IMG/VR virus record: IMGVR_UViG_2541047941_000006
Strand: one strand, 5' to 3'
Length of the DNA stretch: 23,448 nucleotides
From: a virus
Lineage: Duplodnaviria; Heunggongvirae; Uroviricota; Caudoviricetes
The position numbers and the translations under genes were made by a program. Below the pieces are notes generated by a model that saw nothing but the letters and a program-made list of their open reading frames with translations, searched no databases and was not told the origin of the DNA. Positions 16,193-23,448 of this stretch are shown here, in pieces. Position 1 is the first letter of the stretch. The number at the start of each line of letters is the position of its first letter.

Positions 16193-16489
16193 ATGAACGC
16201 TTATTACATTCAGGATCGTCTTGAGGCTCAGAGCTGGGCGCGTCACTACCAGCAGATCGCCCGTGAAGAGAAAGAGGCAGAACTGGCAGACGACATGGAA
16301 AAAGGCCTGCCCCAGCACCTGTTTGAATCGCTATGCATCGATCATTTGCAACGCCACGGGGCCAGCAAAAAAGCCATTACCCGTGCGTTTGATGACGATG
16401 TTGAGTTTCAGGAGCGCATGGCAGAACACATCCGGTACATGGTTGAAACCATTGCTCACCACCAGGTTGATATTGATTCAGAGGTATAA
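16193..16489 (+). CDS. gam: Gam (RecBCD inhibitor), GamS-length
   Basis: 98 aa [60 protein letters not shown]..., near-identical to recalled lambda Gam; RBS AGGAG. Confidence 0.9.
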   Translation: MNAYYIQDRLEAQSWARHYQQIAREEKEAELADDMEKGLPQHLFESLCIDHLQRHGASKKAITRAFDDDVEFQERMAEHIRYMVETIAHHQVDIDSEV

Positions 16490-16494
16490 AACGG

Positions 16495-17280
16495 ATGAGT
16501 ACAGCACTCGCAACGCTGGCAGGGAGGCTGGCTGAACGTGTCGGCATGGATTCTGTCGACCCACAGGAACTGATCACCACTCTTCGCCAGACGGCATTTA
16601 AAGGTGATGCCAGCGATGCGCAGTTCATCGCATTGTTGATCGTCGCCAACCAGTACGGCCTTAATCCGTGGACGAAAGAAATTTACGCCTTCCCTGATAA
16701 GCAGAACGGCATCGTTCCGGTGGTGGGCGTTGATGGCTGGTCCCGTATCATCAATGAAAACCAGCAGTTTGATGGCATGGACTTTGAGCAGGACAATGAA
16801 TCCTGTACATGCCGGATTTACCGCAAGGACCGTAATCATCCGATCTGCGTTACCGAATGGATGGATGAATGCCGCCGCGAACCATTCAAAACTCGCGAAG
16901 GCAGAGAAATCACGGGGCCGTGGCAGTCGCATCCCAAACGGATGTTACGGCATAAAGCCATGATTCAGTGTGCCCGTCTGGCCTTCGGATTTGCTGGTAT
17001 CTATGACAAGGATGAAGCCGAGCGCATTGTCGAAAATACTGCATACACTGCAGAACGTCAGCCAGAACGCGACATCACTCCGGTTAACGATGAAACCATG
17101 CAGGAGATTAACACTCTGCTGATCGCCCTAGATAAAACATGGGATGACGACTTATTGCCGCTCTGTTCCCAGATATTTCGCCGCGACATTCGTGCATCGT
17201 CAGAACTGACACAGGCCGAAGCAGTAAAAGCTCTTGGATTCCTGAAACAGAAAGCCGCAGAGCAGAAGGTGGCAGCATGA
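16495..17280 (+). CDS. bet: Bet (Red-beta single-strand annealing protein)
   Basis: 261 aa [66 protein letters not shown]..., near-identical to recalled lambda Bet. Confidence 0.95.
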   Translation: MSTALATLAGRLAERVGMDSVDPQELITTLRQTAFKGDASDAQFIALLIVANQYGLNPWTKEIYAFPDKQNGIVPVVGVDGWSRIINENQQFDGMDFEQDNESCTCRIYRKDRNHPICVTEWMDECRREPFKTREGREITGPWQSHPKRMLRHKAMIQCARLAFGFAGIYDKDEAERIVENTAYTAERQPERDITPVNDETMQEINTLLIALDKTWDDDLLPLCSQIFRRDIRASSELTQAEAVKALGFLKQKAAEQKVAA

Positions 17281-17957
17281 CACCGGACATTATCCTGCAG
17301 CGTACCGGGATCGATGTGAGAGCTGTCGAACAGGGGGATGATGCGTGGCACAAATTACGGCTCGGCGTCATCACCGCTTCAGAAGTTCACAACGTGATAG
17401 CAAAACCCCGCTCCGGAAAGAAGTGGCCTGACATGAAAATGTCCTACTTCCACACCCTGCTTGCCGAGGTTTGCACCGGTGTGGCTCCGGAAGTTAACGC
17501 TAAAGCACTGGCCTGGGGAAAACAGTACGAGAACGACGCCAGAACCCTGTTTGAGTTCACTTCCGGCGTGAATGTTATTGAATCCCCGATCATCTATCGC
17601 GACGAAAGTATGCGCACCGCCTGCTCTCCCGATGGTTTATGCAGTGACGGCAACGGCCTTGAACTGAAATGCCCGTTTACCTCCCGGGATTTCATGAAGT
17701 TCCGGCTCGGTGGTTTCGAGGCCATAAAATCGGCTTACATGGCCCAGGTGCAGTACAGCATGTGGGTGGCACGAAAAGATGCCTGGTACTTTGCCAACTA
17801 TGACCCGCGGATGAAGCGTGAAGGCCTGCATTATGTCGTGATTGAGCAGGATGAAAAGTATATGGCGAGTTTTGACGAGATGGTGCCGGAGTTCATCGAA
17901 AAAATGGACGAGGCACTGGCTGAAATTGGTTTTGTATTTGGGGAGCAATGGCGATGA
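17277..17957 (+). CDS. exo: Exo (lambda 5'-3' exonuclease, Red-alpha)
   Basis: 226 aa [65 protein letters not shown]...; ATGA overlap with bet. Confidence 0.95.
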   Translation: MTPDIILQRTGIDVRAVEQGDDAWHKLRLGVITASEVHNVIAKPRSGKKWPDMKMSYFHTLLAEVCTGVAPEVNAKALAWGKQYENDARTLFEFTSGVNVIESPIIYRDESMRTACSPDGLCSDGNGLELKCPFTSRDFMKFRLGGFEAIKSAYMAQVQYSMWVARKDAWYFANYDPRMKREGLHYVVIEQDEKYMASFDEMVPEFIEKMDEALAEIGFVFGEQWR

Positions 17958-18136
17958 AGCATCCTCACGATAATATCCGGGTAGGCGCGATCACTTTCGT
18001 CTACTCCGTTACAAAGCGAGGCTGGGTATTTCCCGGCCTTTCTGTTACCCGAAATCCCCTGAAAGCACAGCGGCTGGCTGAGGAGATAAATAATAAACGG
18101 GGAGCTGTATGCACAAAGCATCTCCTGTTGAGTTAA
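17948..18136 (+). CDS. Lambda orf60a-like small protein
   Basis: 62 aa [62 protein letters not shown]; immediately after exo as in lambda. Confidence 0.7.
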   Translation: MAMKHPHDNIRVGAITFVYSVTKRGWVFPGLSVTRNPLKAQRLAEEINNKRGAVCTKHLLLS

Positions 18137-18300
18137 GAACGAGCATTGAGATGGCACATAGCCTCGCTCAAATTGGAGTCAGGTTTGTGCCAATACCAGT
18201 AGAAACAGACGAAGAATTTCATACGTTAGCCGCATCCCTTTCACAAAAGCTGGAAATGATGGTGGCGAAAGCAGAAGCAGATGAGAGAGACCAGGTATGA
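18109..18300 (+). CDS. Lambda orf63-like small protein
   Basis: 63 aa [63 protein letters not shown]; overlaps the orf60a end as in lambda. Confidence 0.7.
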   Translation: MHKASPVELRTSIEMAHSLAQIGVRFVPIPVETDEEFHTLAASLSQKLEMMVAKAEADERDQV

Positions 18301-18310
18301 CAACCACTGA

Positions 18311-18592
18311 ATGCATTTTTCTGGCTGCGGGCTTCATATTCTGTGTGCTTATGCTTGCCGACATGGGGCTTGTTCAGTGACACCTCAGCAGGAAAACGCC
18401 CTTCGCAGCATTGCCCGTCAGGCTAATTCTGAAATCAAAAAAGCCAGACAGCAGTTTCCGGATAAAAACGTCGATGACATTTGCCGTAGCGTACTGAAGA
18501 AGCACCGCGAAACGGTAACGCTGATGGGATTCACACCGACTCATTTAAGCCTGGCAATCGGCATGTTAAACGGCGTTTTTAAGGAACGGTGA
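18311..18592 (+). CDS. Lambda orf61-like small protein (start uncertain)
   Basis: C-terminal 71 aa (VTPQQENALRSIARQANSEIKKARQQFPDKNVDDICRSVLKKHRETVTLMGFTPTHLSLAIGMLNGVFKER) look protein-like; the N-terminal 22 aa from ATG 18311 are Cys/His-rich and may be untranslated; alternative GTG start at 18377. Confidence 0.5.
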   Translation: MHFSGCGLHILCAYACRHGACSVTPQQENALRSIARQANSEIKKARQQFPDKNVDDICRSVLKKHRETVTLMGFTPTHLSLAIGMLNGVFKER

Positions 18593-18690
18593 ACATGAAA
18601 AGCAAAATCATCAGGGAGCTACAGGCTCCTTTTTTATTATTCGCATTCACCCTCAAGCGTATTAACCAACAATTCAGGGATTAATGAAAG

Positions 18691-18912
18691 ATGGCGGACA
18701 TCATTGATTCAGCATCAGAAATTGAAGAATTACAGCGCAATACAGCAATAAAAATGCGTCGTCTGAACCACCAGGCTGTATCTGCCACTTATTGTTGTGA
18801 GTGTGGCGATCCCATAGATGAGCGAAGACGCCTGGCCGTTCAGGGTTGTCGGACTTGTGCAAGTTGCCAGGAAGATCTGGAGCTTATCAGTAAACAGAGA
18901 GGTTCGAAGTGA
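18691..18912 (+). CDS. TraR/DksA-family C4 zinc-finger protein (lambda Orf73-like)
   Basis: 73 aa with a CxxC...CxxC zinc finger (CCECGDPIDERRRLAVQGCRTC) at the C-terminus and a short N-terminal helix, matching the TraR family. Confidence 0.75.
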   Translation: MADIIDSASEIEELQRNTAIKMRRLNHQAVSATYCCECGDPIDERRRLAVQGCRTCASCQEDLELISKQRGSK

Positions 18913-19160
18913 GCGTAATTCACTCTCAGGCACTGCGTGAAGCGGCAGAGCAGGCAATGCATGACAACTGGGGATTTGACGCGGACCTTTTCCATGAGCT
19001 GGTAACACCATCGATTGTGCTGACACTGCTGGATGAACGGGAAAGAAACCAGCAATACATCAAACGCCGCGACCAGGAGAACGAGGATATTGCGCTAACG
19101 GTGGGGAAACTGCGTGTTGAGCTGGAGACAGCAAAAATCAAAACTCAACGAGCAGCGTGA
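18909..19160 (+). CDS. Hypothetical protein (ea22-position), possibly interrupted by an in-frame TGA
   Basis: 83-aa ORF from GTG 18909; after the TGA at 19158-19160 the same frame stays open for 54 more protein-like codons (VEGVISDGSKRIAELEAWVEYTRAAYVRAKDKGDLIRVITSQPTGFYAYVPCN) to about 19322. Confidence 0.4.
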   Translation: MSVIHSQALREAAEQAMHDNWGFDADLFHELVTPSIVLTLLDERERNQQYIKRRDQENEDIALTVGKLRVELETAKIKTQRAA

Positions 19161-19458
19161 GTAGAAGGTGTTATCTCGGATGGAAGTAAGCGTATTGCTG
19201 AACTGGAGGCCTGGGTTGAATACACAAGAGCTGCATACGTAAGAGCAAAAGACAAGGGAGATTTGATCAGAGTTATTACCAGCCAACCAACGGGATTTTA
19301 CGCTTACGTACCATGTAATTAGGAATCCTTGAAGTGGCAGCCTAACTGCGGATACACTGAAATGGCGATTTGGTAACATGTTTCGCACAAGGCTGTTACT
19401 ACGCTTAGAGATAATCAGCCATGATTAAACGCTTTGTAAAAAGTAAAAGGAAATTACA

Positions 19459-20073
19459 ATGAAAAAATCAATACTAATTTTAGGGCTTACGTTAATTGTC
19501 TCATCTCAAATACCATCGGCAATGGCAAAAAATGAATCAAAACTATGGGTTGTTGTTGATCGAACGGAAAGACATACCTGCCCTTCAAGTAAATGTGGAG
19601 TGGCTGGGAAACTATTTTTCAGGGAAGGCGTAGATTTTCTAGAAAAAAAAGGTGAATGGGTTCGTATAACTGAGCCATATTCAGCCTCATGTGTTGGAGG
19701 GGAAAGCGAATATATTAAAGAAGGTAATAAATCCTGCACAAGAAAAAATGGAATCGTTAATGGCAAGTTTTCAGAATGGGTTAAACTTAGTGATCTTAGC
19801 AGTGAAAGGCCATCAGATCCTGCTGAAAATGCGAGCGGAGATGATACTTTAATCAAAGGATCTGATGACTACCGTATATACAAAAAAGAGTTTTCTTCGG
19901 CAGCTAGGAAGTTAATAAATGAAGGGGTCTGCACGGAAAGCGATTTTAAGGAAATCGGAGGGTGGATGGCATCAAGCAATAAGGGTGAAAACATCTATTT
20001 CACATATTGCGGAGGAATGACGTTGTCGAACAGAATATACCTAGATGTTAAAAGTGGAAAGACTTTTAGATAA
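19459..20073 (+). CDS. Secreted Cys-containing protein with SH3b-like segments (prophage moron), unknown function
   Basis: 204 aa; signal peptide MKKSILILGLTLIVSSQIPSAMA/KNE; SH3b-like pattern (KLWVVVDRTERHTCPSSKCGVAGKLFFREGVDFLEKKGEWVRIT); AT-rich; RBS AAGGAAA; followed by a terminator. Confidence 0.7.
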   Translation: MKKSILILGLTLIVSSQIPSAMAKNESKLWVVVDRTERHTCPSSKCGVAGKLFFREGVDFLEKKGEWVRITEPYSASCVGGESEYIKEGNKSCTRKNGIVNGKFSEWVKLSDLSSERPSDPAENASGDDTLIKGSDDYRIYKKEFSSAARKLINEGVCTESDFKEIGGWMASSNKGENIYFTYCGGMTLSNRIYLDVKSGKTFR

Positions 20074-20145
20074 TATGATATTACCAATGACAGTATTGAT
20101 TTAATGCCTCCATAGAATTATCTCTAGGAAGTAGGTATAAGAAAA

Positions 20146-20178
20146 GCCCGCACAATTAGCTGCTGCGGGCTTTGTGTT
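20146..20178 (+). terminator. Intrinsic terminator after the secreted-protein gene
   Basis: GCCCGCA-caattagctgc-TGCGGGC hairpin followed by TTTGTGTTATT. Confidence 0.5.
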
Positions 20179-20366
20179 ATTCGCCATATTTTATGAAGCA
20201 AATACGACACTATAGATAATTAAGCGTTGCTGGTTGTCGATTCCTCAATCACTCCTGTGGATGGCTCTCTTCTTGTATGTGCCATTGAAGGGGAATATCG
20301 CGTAAAAAGATACCGGAAGTATCCGCGCCGCCATGATTGTCTTTCTCCTGATGCAGGAAAAGCAGA

Positions 20367-20705
20367 ATGGCTAAATCAGCAACAGAGCACAAAGCCGATC
20401 AGAGAGCCAAGCAAGCATCATCCGGTATGCGTAAGCTGGAGCTTGTACTTGATGCTCAGGAAATTGAAATGCTGGAGCGTAACTGTGCCACGCGTCGCTT
20501 CAGGCGTGCGCCTTGCGAGTTTGGTGAGTACATCGCGTTACTGAGCCGCCAGGATGATGCACGTGTGCGCTGGCGTATAAAATCGATCAGCAGAAAACGT
20601 TGCGGTAAGTGCGGCGAGAGAGTTCCTGTTAATTCATGCCCGTGTAATGGTGACTCACAATGCTGGGTGACCAAAGGCTGGCACGAAACAAAATTAATGA
20701 TATAA
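20367..20705 (+). CDS. Hypothetical protein with C-terminal Cys-rich zinc-ribbon-like motif
   Basis: 112 aa; RBS AGGAAA 6 nt upstream; C-terminal CGKCGERVPVNSCPCNGDSQC; basic N-terminal region; preferred over the overlapping 20227-20544 ORF, which has no RBS and odd composition. Confidence 0.55.
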   Translation: MAKSATEHKADQRAKQASSGMRKLELVLDAQEIEMLERNCATRRFRRAPCEFGEYIALLSRQDDARVRWRIKSISRKRCGKCGERVPVNSCPCNGDSQCWVTKGWHETKLMI

Positions 20706-20733
20706 ATCTCTGTGACATGTCACGGAGGCGGCA

Positions 20734-21162
20734 ATGAAATTAGACCAGCAATATCTAAAAGATCTACTTATCGCATTCGAAAAAACTCGTGGCCCTGACA
20801 CGATGCTTAGTGAACTAGAGGATAATGGCTTTAATAGATATGACCAAGATTTTATTTTCCATATGCGATTATTATGTGACTACGAATTAATAGTCAGGGT
20901 TGATGGAAAACCTGGGTTCGGTCATATAATGTCCAAAGCGTTAGGGGAAGGTGTTGGATATAGTTGGATCGAAGTACCACTGAGGTTGACAGCAAGAGGG
21001 CATGATTTTATTGCTGACTTACGTCAAAAGGATGTCTGGCAAGCTATAAAAACAAACTTTAAGGATGAGGGAATTAGTACACTTATGAGTGTTTCAAAAT
21101 CACTAGCAAAAGGCTTTGCAAGGAAAAAGATAAAAGATATTACAGGAATAGATATTGAATAA
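20734..21162 (+). CDS. Hypothetical protein (142 aa), low-GC
   Basis: Clean ORF with protein-like composition (MKLDQQYLKDLLIAFEKTRGPDTMLSELEDNGFNRYDQDFIFHMRLLCDYELIVRVDGKPGFGH...); RBS GGAGG upstream; no family recognised with confidence. Confidence 0.6.
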   Translation: MKLDQQYLKDLLIAFEKTRGPDTMLSELEDNGFNRYDQDFIFHMRLLCDYELIVRVDGKPGFGHIMSKALGEGVGYSWIEVPLRLTARGHDFIADLRQKDVWQAIKTNFKDEGISTLMSVSKSLAKGFARKKIKDITGIDIE

Positions 21163-21245
21163 TTCTTAGCATCAAGCAACTACTGCCTTTGGTGGAAATT
21201 ATATCTGAACTCGCTACGGCGAGTTTTGTTTTATGGAGATGATAA

Positions 21246-21413
21246 ATGCACTTCCGAGTCACAGGTGAATGGAATGGAGAGCCATTCAACAGGGTTATCG
21301 AAGCAGAGAACATCAACGACTGCTATAACCACTGGATGATATGGGCGCAGATAGCGCATGCAGACGTAACCAATATTCGAATTGAAGAACTGAAAGAACA
21401 CCAATCCGCCTGA
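21246..21413 (+). CDS. Small protein (55 aa) upstream of torI (YpdJ-position)
   Basis: ATG with RBS GGAG (7-nt spacer): MHFRVTGEWNGEPFNRVIEAENINDCYNHWMIWAQIAHADVTNIRIEELKEHQSA; stop lies in the loop of a terminator hairpin. Missed by the ORF track because it is under 60 aa. Confidence 0.5.
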   Translation: MHFRVTGEWNGEPFNRVIEAENINDCYNHWMIWAQIAHADVTNIRIEELKEHQSA

Positions 21414-21428
21414 TGGCGGTTTTTTATT
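21406..21428 (+). terminator. Intrinsic terminator after the 55-aa ORF
   Basis: CCGCC-tgat-GGCGG hairpin followed by TTTTTTATT. Confidence 0.55.
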
Positions 21429-21470
21429 GCCTGATTTGCAGGTTCGATTCCCTATTCGGAGATAGCACTC

Positions 21471-21671
21471 ATGCAACACGAACTACAGCCTGATTCACTG
21501 GTTGATTTGAAATTCATCATGGCTGATACTGGCTTCGGTAAGACCTTCATCTATGACCGGATTAAGTCCGGCGACCTGCCTAAAGCCAAAGTTATCCACG
21601 GGCGAGCAAGATGGTTATATCGTGACCATTGTGAATTCAAAAATAAGCTCTTAAGCCGCGCCAATGGGTAA
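21471..21671 (+). CDS. torI: Excisionase / recombination directionality factor, AlpA-family HTH (TorI-like)
   Basis: 66 aa MQHELQPDSLVDLKFIMADTGFGKTFIYDRIKSGDLPKAKVIHGRARWLYRDHCEFKNKLLSRANG; winged-helix excisionase pattern; last gene before the att core at the end opposite the integrase, as in KplE1. Confidence 0.8.
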   Translation: MQHELQPDSLVDLKFIMADTGFGKTFIYDRIKSGDLPKAKVIHGRARWLYRDHCEFKNKLLSRANG

Positions 21672-21744
21672 AATAGCGGGTAAAATATTTCTCACATCTA
21701 AAAAACACCATTCCAATCAATCCCCTGCCGCTTCAAGTAGATGT

Positions 21745-21759
21745 CTGCAGGGGACACCA
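21745..21759. other. attR core: 15-bp copy of a tRNA-Arg (argW-like) 3' end
   Basis: CTGCAGGGGACACCA, the acceptor-stem/CCA 3' end of a tRNA, present as an isolated fragment 74 bp after torI; no full tRNA around it. Confidence 0.65.
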
Positions 21760-22200
21760 GATACCCTTCAAACGAAATCTACCTTCACCCCGTAAAAGAT
21801 GGGTTTGGCAGCACACTTGCCTTATATCTACTCATTTTTACTGCAACAGGTTGAAATCTCAGCACTGTCAGAAAGCGCTGATGACTAAACAGCCCTGGGC
21901 CGGGCGATGTAACCATCACACAGAATCCTGATAGCGAAATATGGCGTGACTCGATACTTCACTCCGCAATGCATTCCTTGATGAATTCGCAGGACCGTGA
22001 TACACGGGACAGGTCACTGAATGACGACAATGTCCTGGAAATCAGCGAACCGCGCATCTGAAGTACATTTGAGCGACTGTACCAGAACATGAATGAGGCG
22101 TTTGGATTAGGCGATTATTAGCAGGGCTAAGCATTTTACTATTATTATTTTCCGGTTGAGGGATATAGAGCTATCGACAACAACCGGAAAAAGTTTACGT

Positions 22201-23448
22201 CTATATTGCTGAAGGTACAGGCGTTTCCATAACTATTTGCTCGCGTTTTTTACTCAAGAAGAAAATGCCAAATAGCAACATCAGGCAGACAATACCCGAA
22301 ATTGCGAAGAAAACTGTCTGGTAGCCTGCGTGGTCAAAGAGTATCCCAGTCGGCGTTGAAAGCAGCACAATCCCAAGCGAACTGGCAATTTGAAAACCAA
22401 TCAGAAAGATCGTCGACGACAGGCGCTTATCAAAATTTGCCACGCTGTATTTGAAGACGGATATGACACAAAGTGGAACCTCAATAGCATGTAACAGCTT
22501 CACTAATGAAATAATCCAGGGGTTAACGAACAGCGCGCAGGAAAGGATACGCAACGCCATAATCACAACACCGATAAGTAATGCATTTTTTGGCCCTACC
22601 CGATTCACAAAGAAAGGAATAATCGCCATGCATAGCGCTTCGAGTACCACCTGGAATGAGTTGAGATAACCATACAGGCGCGTTCCTACATCGTGTGATT
22701 CGAATAAACCTGCATAAAAGACAGGAAAAAGTTGTTGATCAAAAATGTTATAGAAAGACCACGTCCCCACAATAAATATGACGAAAACCCAGAAGTTTCG
22801 ATCCTTGAAAACTGCGATAAAATCCTCTTTTTTTACCCCTCCCGCATCCGCCGCTACGCACTGGTGATCCTTATCTTTAAAACACATGTTGATCATCATA
22901 AATACAGCGCCAAATAGCGAGACCAACCAGAAGTTGATATGGGGACTGATACTAAAAAATATGCCGGCAAAGAACGCGCCAATAGCATAGCCAAAAGATC
23001 CCCAGGCGCGCGCTGTTCCATATTCGAAATGAAAATTTCGCGCCATTTTTTCGGTGAAGCTGTCAAGCAAACCGCATCCCGCCAGATACCCCAGGCCAAA
23101 AAAGAGCGCCCCCAGAATTAGACCTACAGAAAAATTGCTTTGCAGTAACGGTTCATAAACGTAAATCATAAACGGTCCGGTCAAGACCAGGATGAAACTC
23201 ATACACCAGATGAGCGGTTTCTTCAGACCGAGTTTATCCTGAACGATGCCGTAGAACATCATAAATAGAATGCTGGTAAACTGGTTGACCGAATAAAGTG
23301 TACCTAATTCCGTCCCTGTCAACCCTAGATGTCCTTTCAGCCAAATAGCGTATAACGACCACCACAGCGACCAGGAAATAAAAAAGAGAAATGAGTAACT
23401 GGATGCAAAACGATAGTACGCATTTCTGAATGGAATATTCAGTGCCAT
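22201..23448 (-). CDS. cscB: Sucrose:H+ symporter, LacY-family MFS permease (CscB)
   Basis: 415-aa 12-TMD ORF whose start codon is the last base of the window; MALNIPFRNAYYRFASSYSFLFFISWSLWWSLYAIWLKGHLG... recalled as CscB; oligosaccharide:H+ symporter family motifs. Confidence 0.85.
   Translation of the reverse strand: MALNIPFRNAYYRFASSYSFLFFISWSLWWSLYAIWLKGHLGLTGTELGTLYSVNQFTSILFMMFYGIVQDKLGLKKPLIWCMSFILVLTGPFMIYVYEPLLQSNFSVGLILGALFFGLGYLAGCGLLDSFTEKMARNFHFEYGTARAWGSFGYAIGAFFAGIFFSISPHINFWLVSLFGAVFMMINMCFKDKDHQCVAADAGGVKKEDFIAVFKDRNFWVFVIFIVGTWSFYNIFDQQLFPVFYAGLFESHDVGTRLYGYLNSFQVVLEALCMAIIPFFVNRVGPKNALLIGVVIMALRILSCALFVNPWIISLVKLLHAIEVPLCVISVFKYSVANFDKRLSSTIFLIGFQIASSLGIVLLSTPTGILFDHAGYQTVFFAISGIVCLMLLFGIFFLSKKREQIVMETPVPSAI

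Noticed and set aside
16221-17374. ORFs 16221-16535, 16377-16649, 16456-16932, 16730-16963, 17058-17351 and 17108-17374
   Set aside because: Alternative-frame or antisense ORFs inside gam, bet and exo, which are near-lambda in sequence.
20227-20544. 105-aa plus-strand ORF overlapping the 112-aa zinc-ribbon ORF
   Set aside because: No RBS and unusual composition; the overlapping frame starting at 20367 has a good RBS and coherent sequence.
21231-21479. 82-aa minus-strand ORF
   Set aside because: Antisense to the 55-aa plus-strand ORF, which has an RBS and terminator, and runs into the torI start region.
21745-21759. A tRNA gene at the right end
   Set aside because: Only the last 15 nt of a tRNA-Arg 3' end are present with no upstream D, anticodon or T arms; it is the att core copy, not a functional tRNA.
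22151-22188. Inverted repeat after the cscB stop as an intrinsic terminator
   Set aside because: The 8-bp stem has a 22-nt loop and is not followed by a U-run on either strand; possibly a protein-binding or REP-like element.
22451-23121. Short plus- and minus-strand ORFs within 22451-23121
   Set aside because: All lie inside the 12-TMD cscB gene in other frames or antisense.

Overview
This window appears to be an entire, heavily decayed lambdoid prophage of the KplE1/CPS-53 type sitting at a tRNA-Arg (argW-like) site, with the P4-type integrase (intS-like) at the left end and the TorI-type excisionase plus a 15-bp tRNA 3'-end att core at the right end, followed by the chromosomal sucrose permease cscB. 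All calls are from reading the sequence and recalled protein families; no database search was run and GC content was judged by eye, not computed. The interior is a mosaic: an insertion-sequence pile (IS3-family and IS2-like fragments, a complete IS1 without target duplication) with a low-GC AraC-family regulator where head/tail genes should be; a Qin-like lysis cassette (pinholin, ydfR-like, SAR endolysin, Rz/Rz1); an intact NmpC-type porin; Q; a DLP12-like nin region (ybcN, ninE, ybcO, frameshifted rusA); lambda-like ren-P-O with ori iterons; a cro / YdaT-like / cI immunity region; and a near-lambda Red module (gam, bet, exo, orf60a, orf63, orf61, TraR-like orf73). The most interesting candidate is a low-GC, translationally coupled two-gene cassette directly downstream of cI in the slot lambda uses for rexAB: a 357-aa GNAT-like/PUA-like fusion protein plus a 125-aa ASCH-domain protein, which I propose as an undescribed exclusion/defence module. 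Other cargo worth a look are a two-gene low-GC insert in the nin region, a secreted Cys-rich protein and three small right-arm genes.
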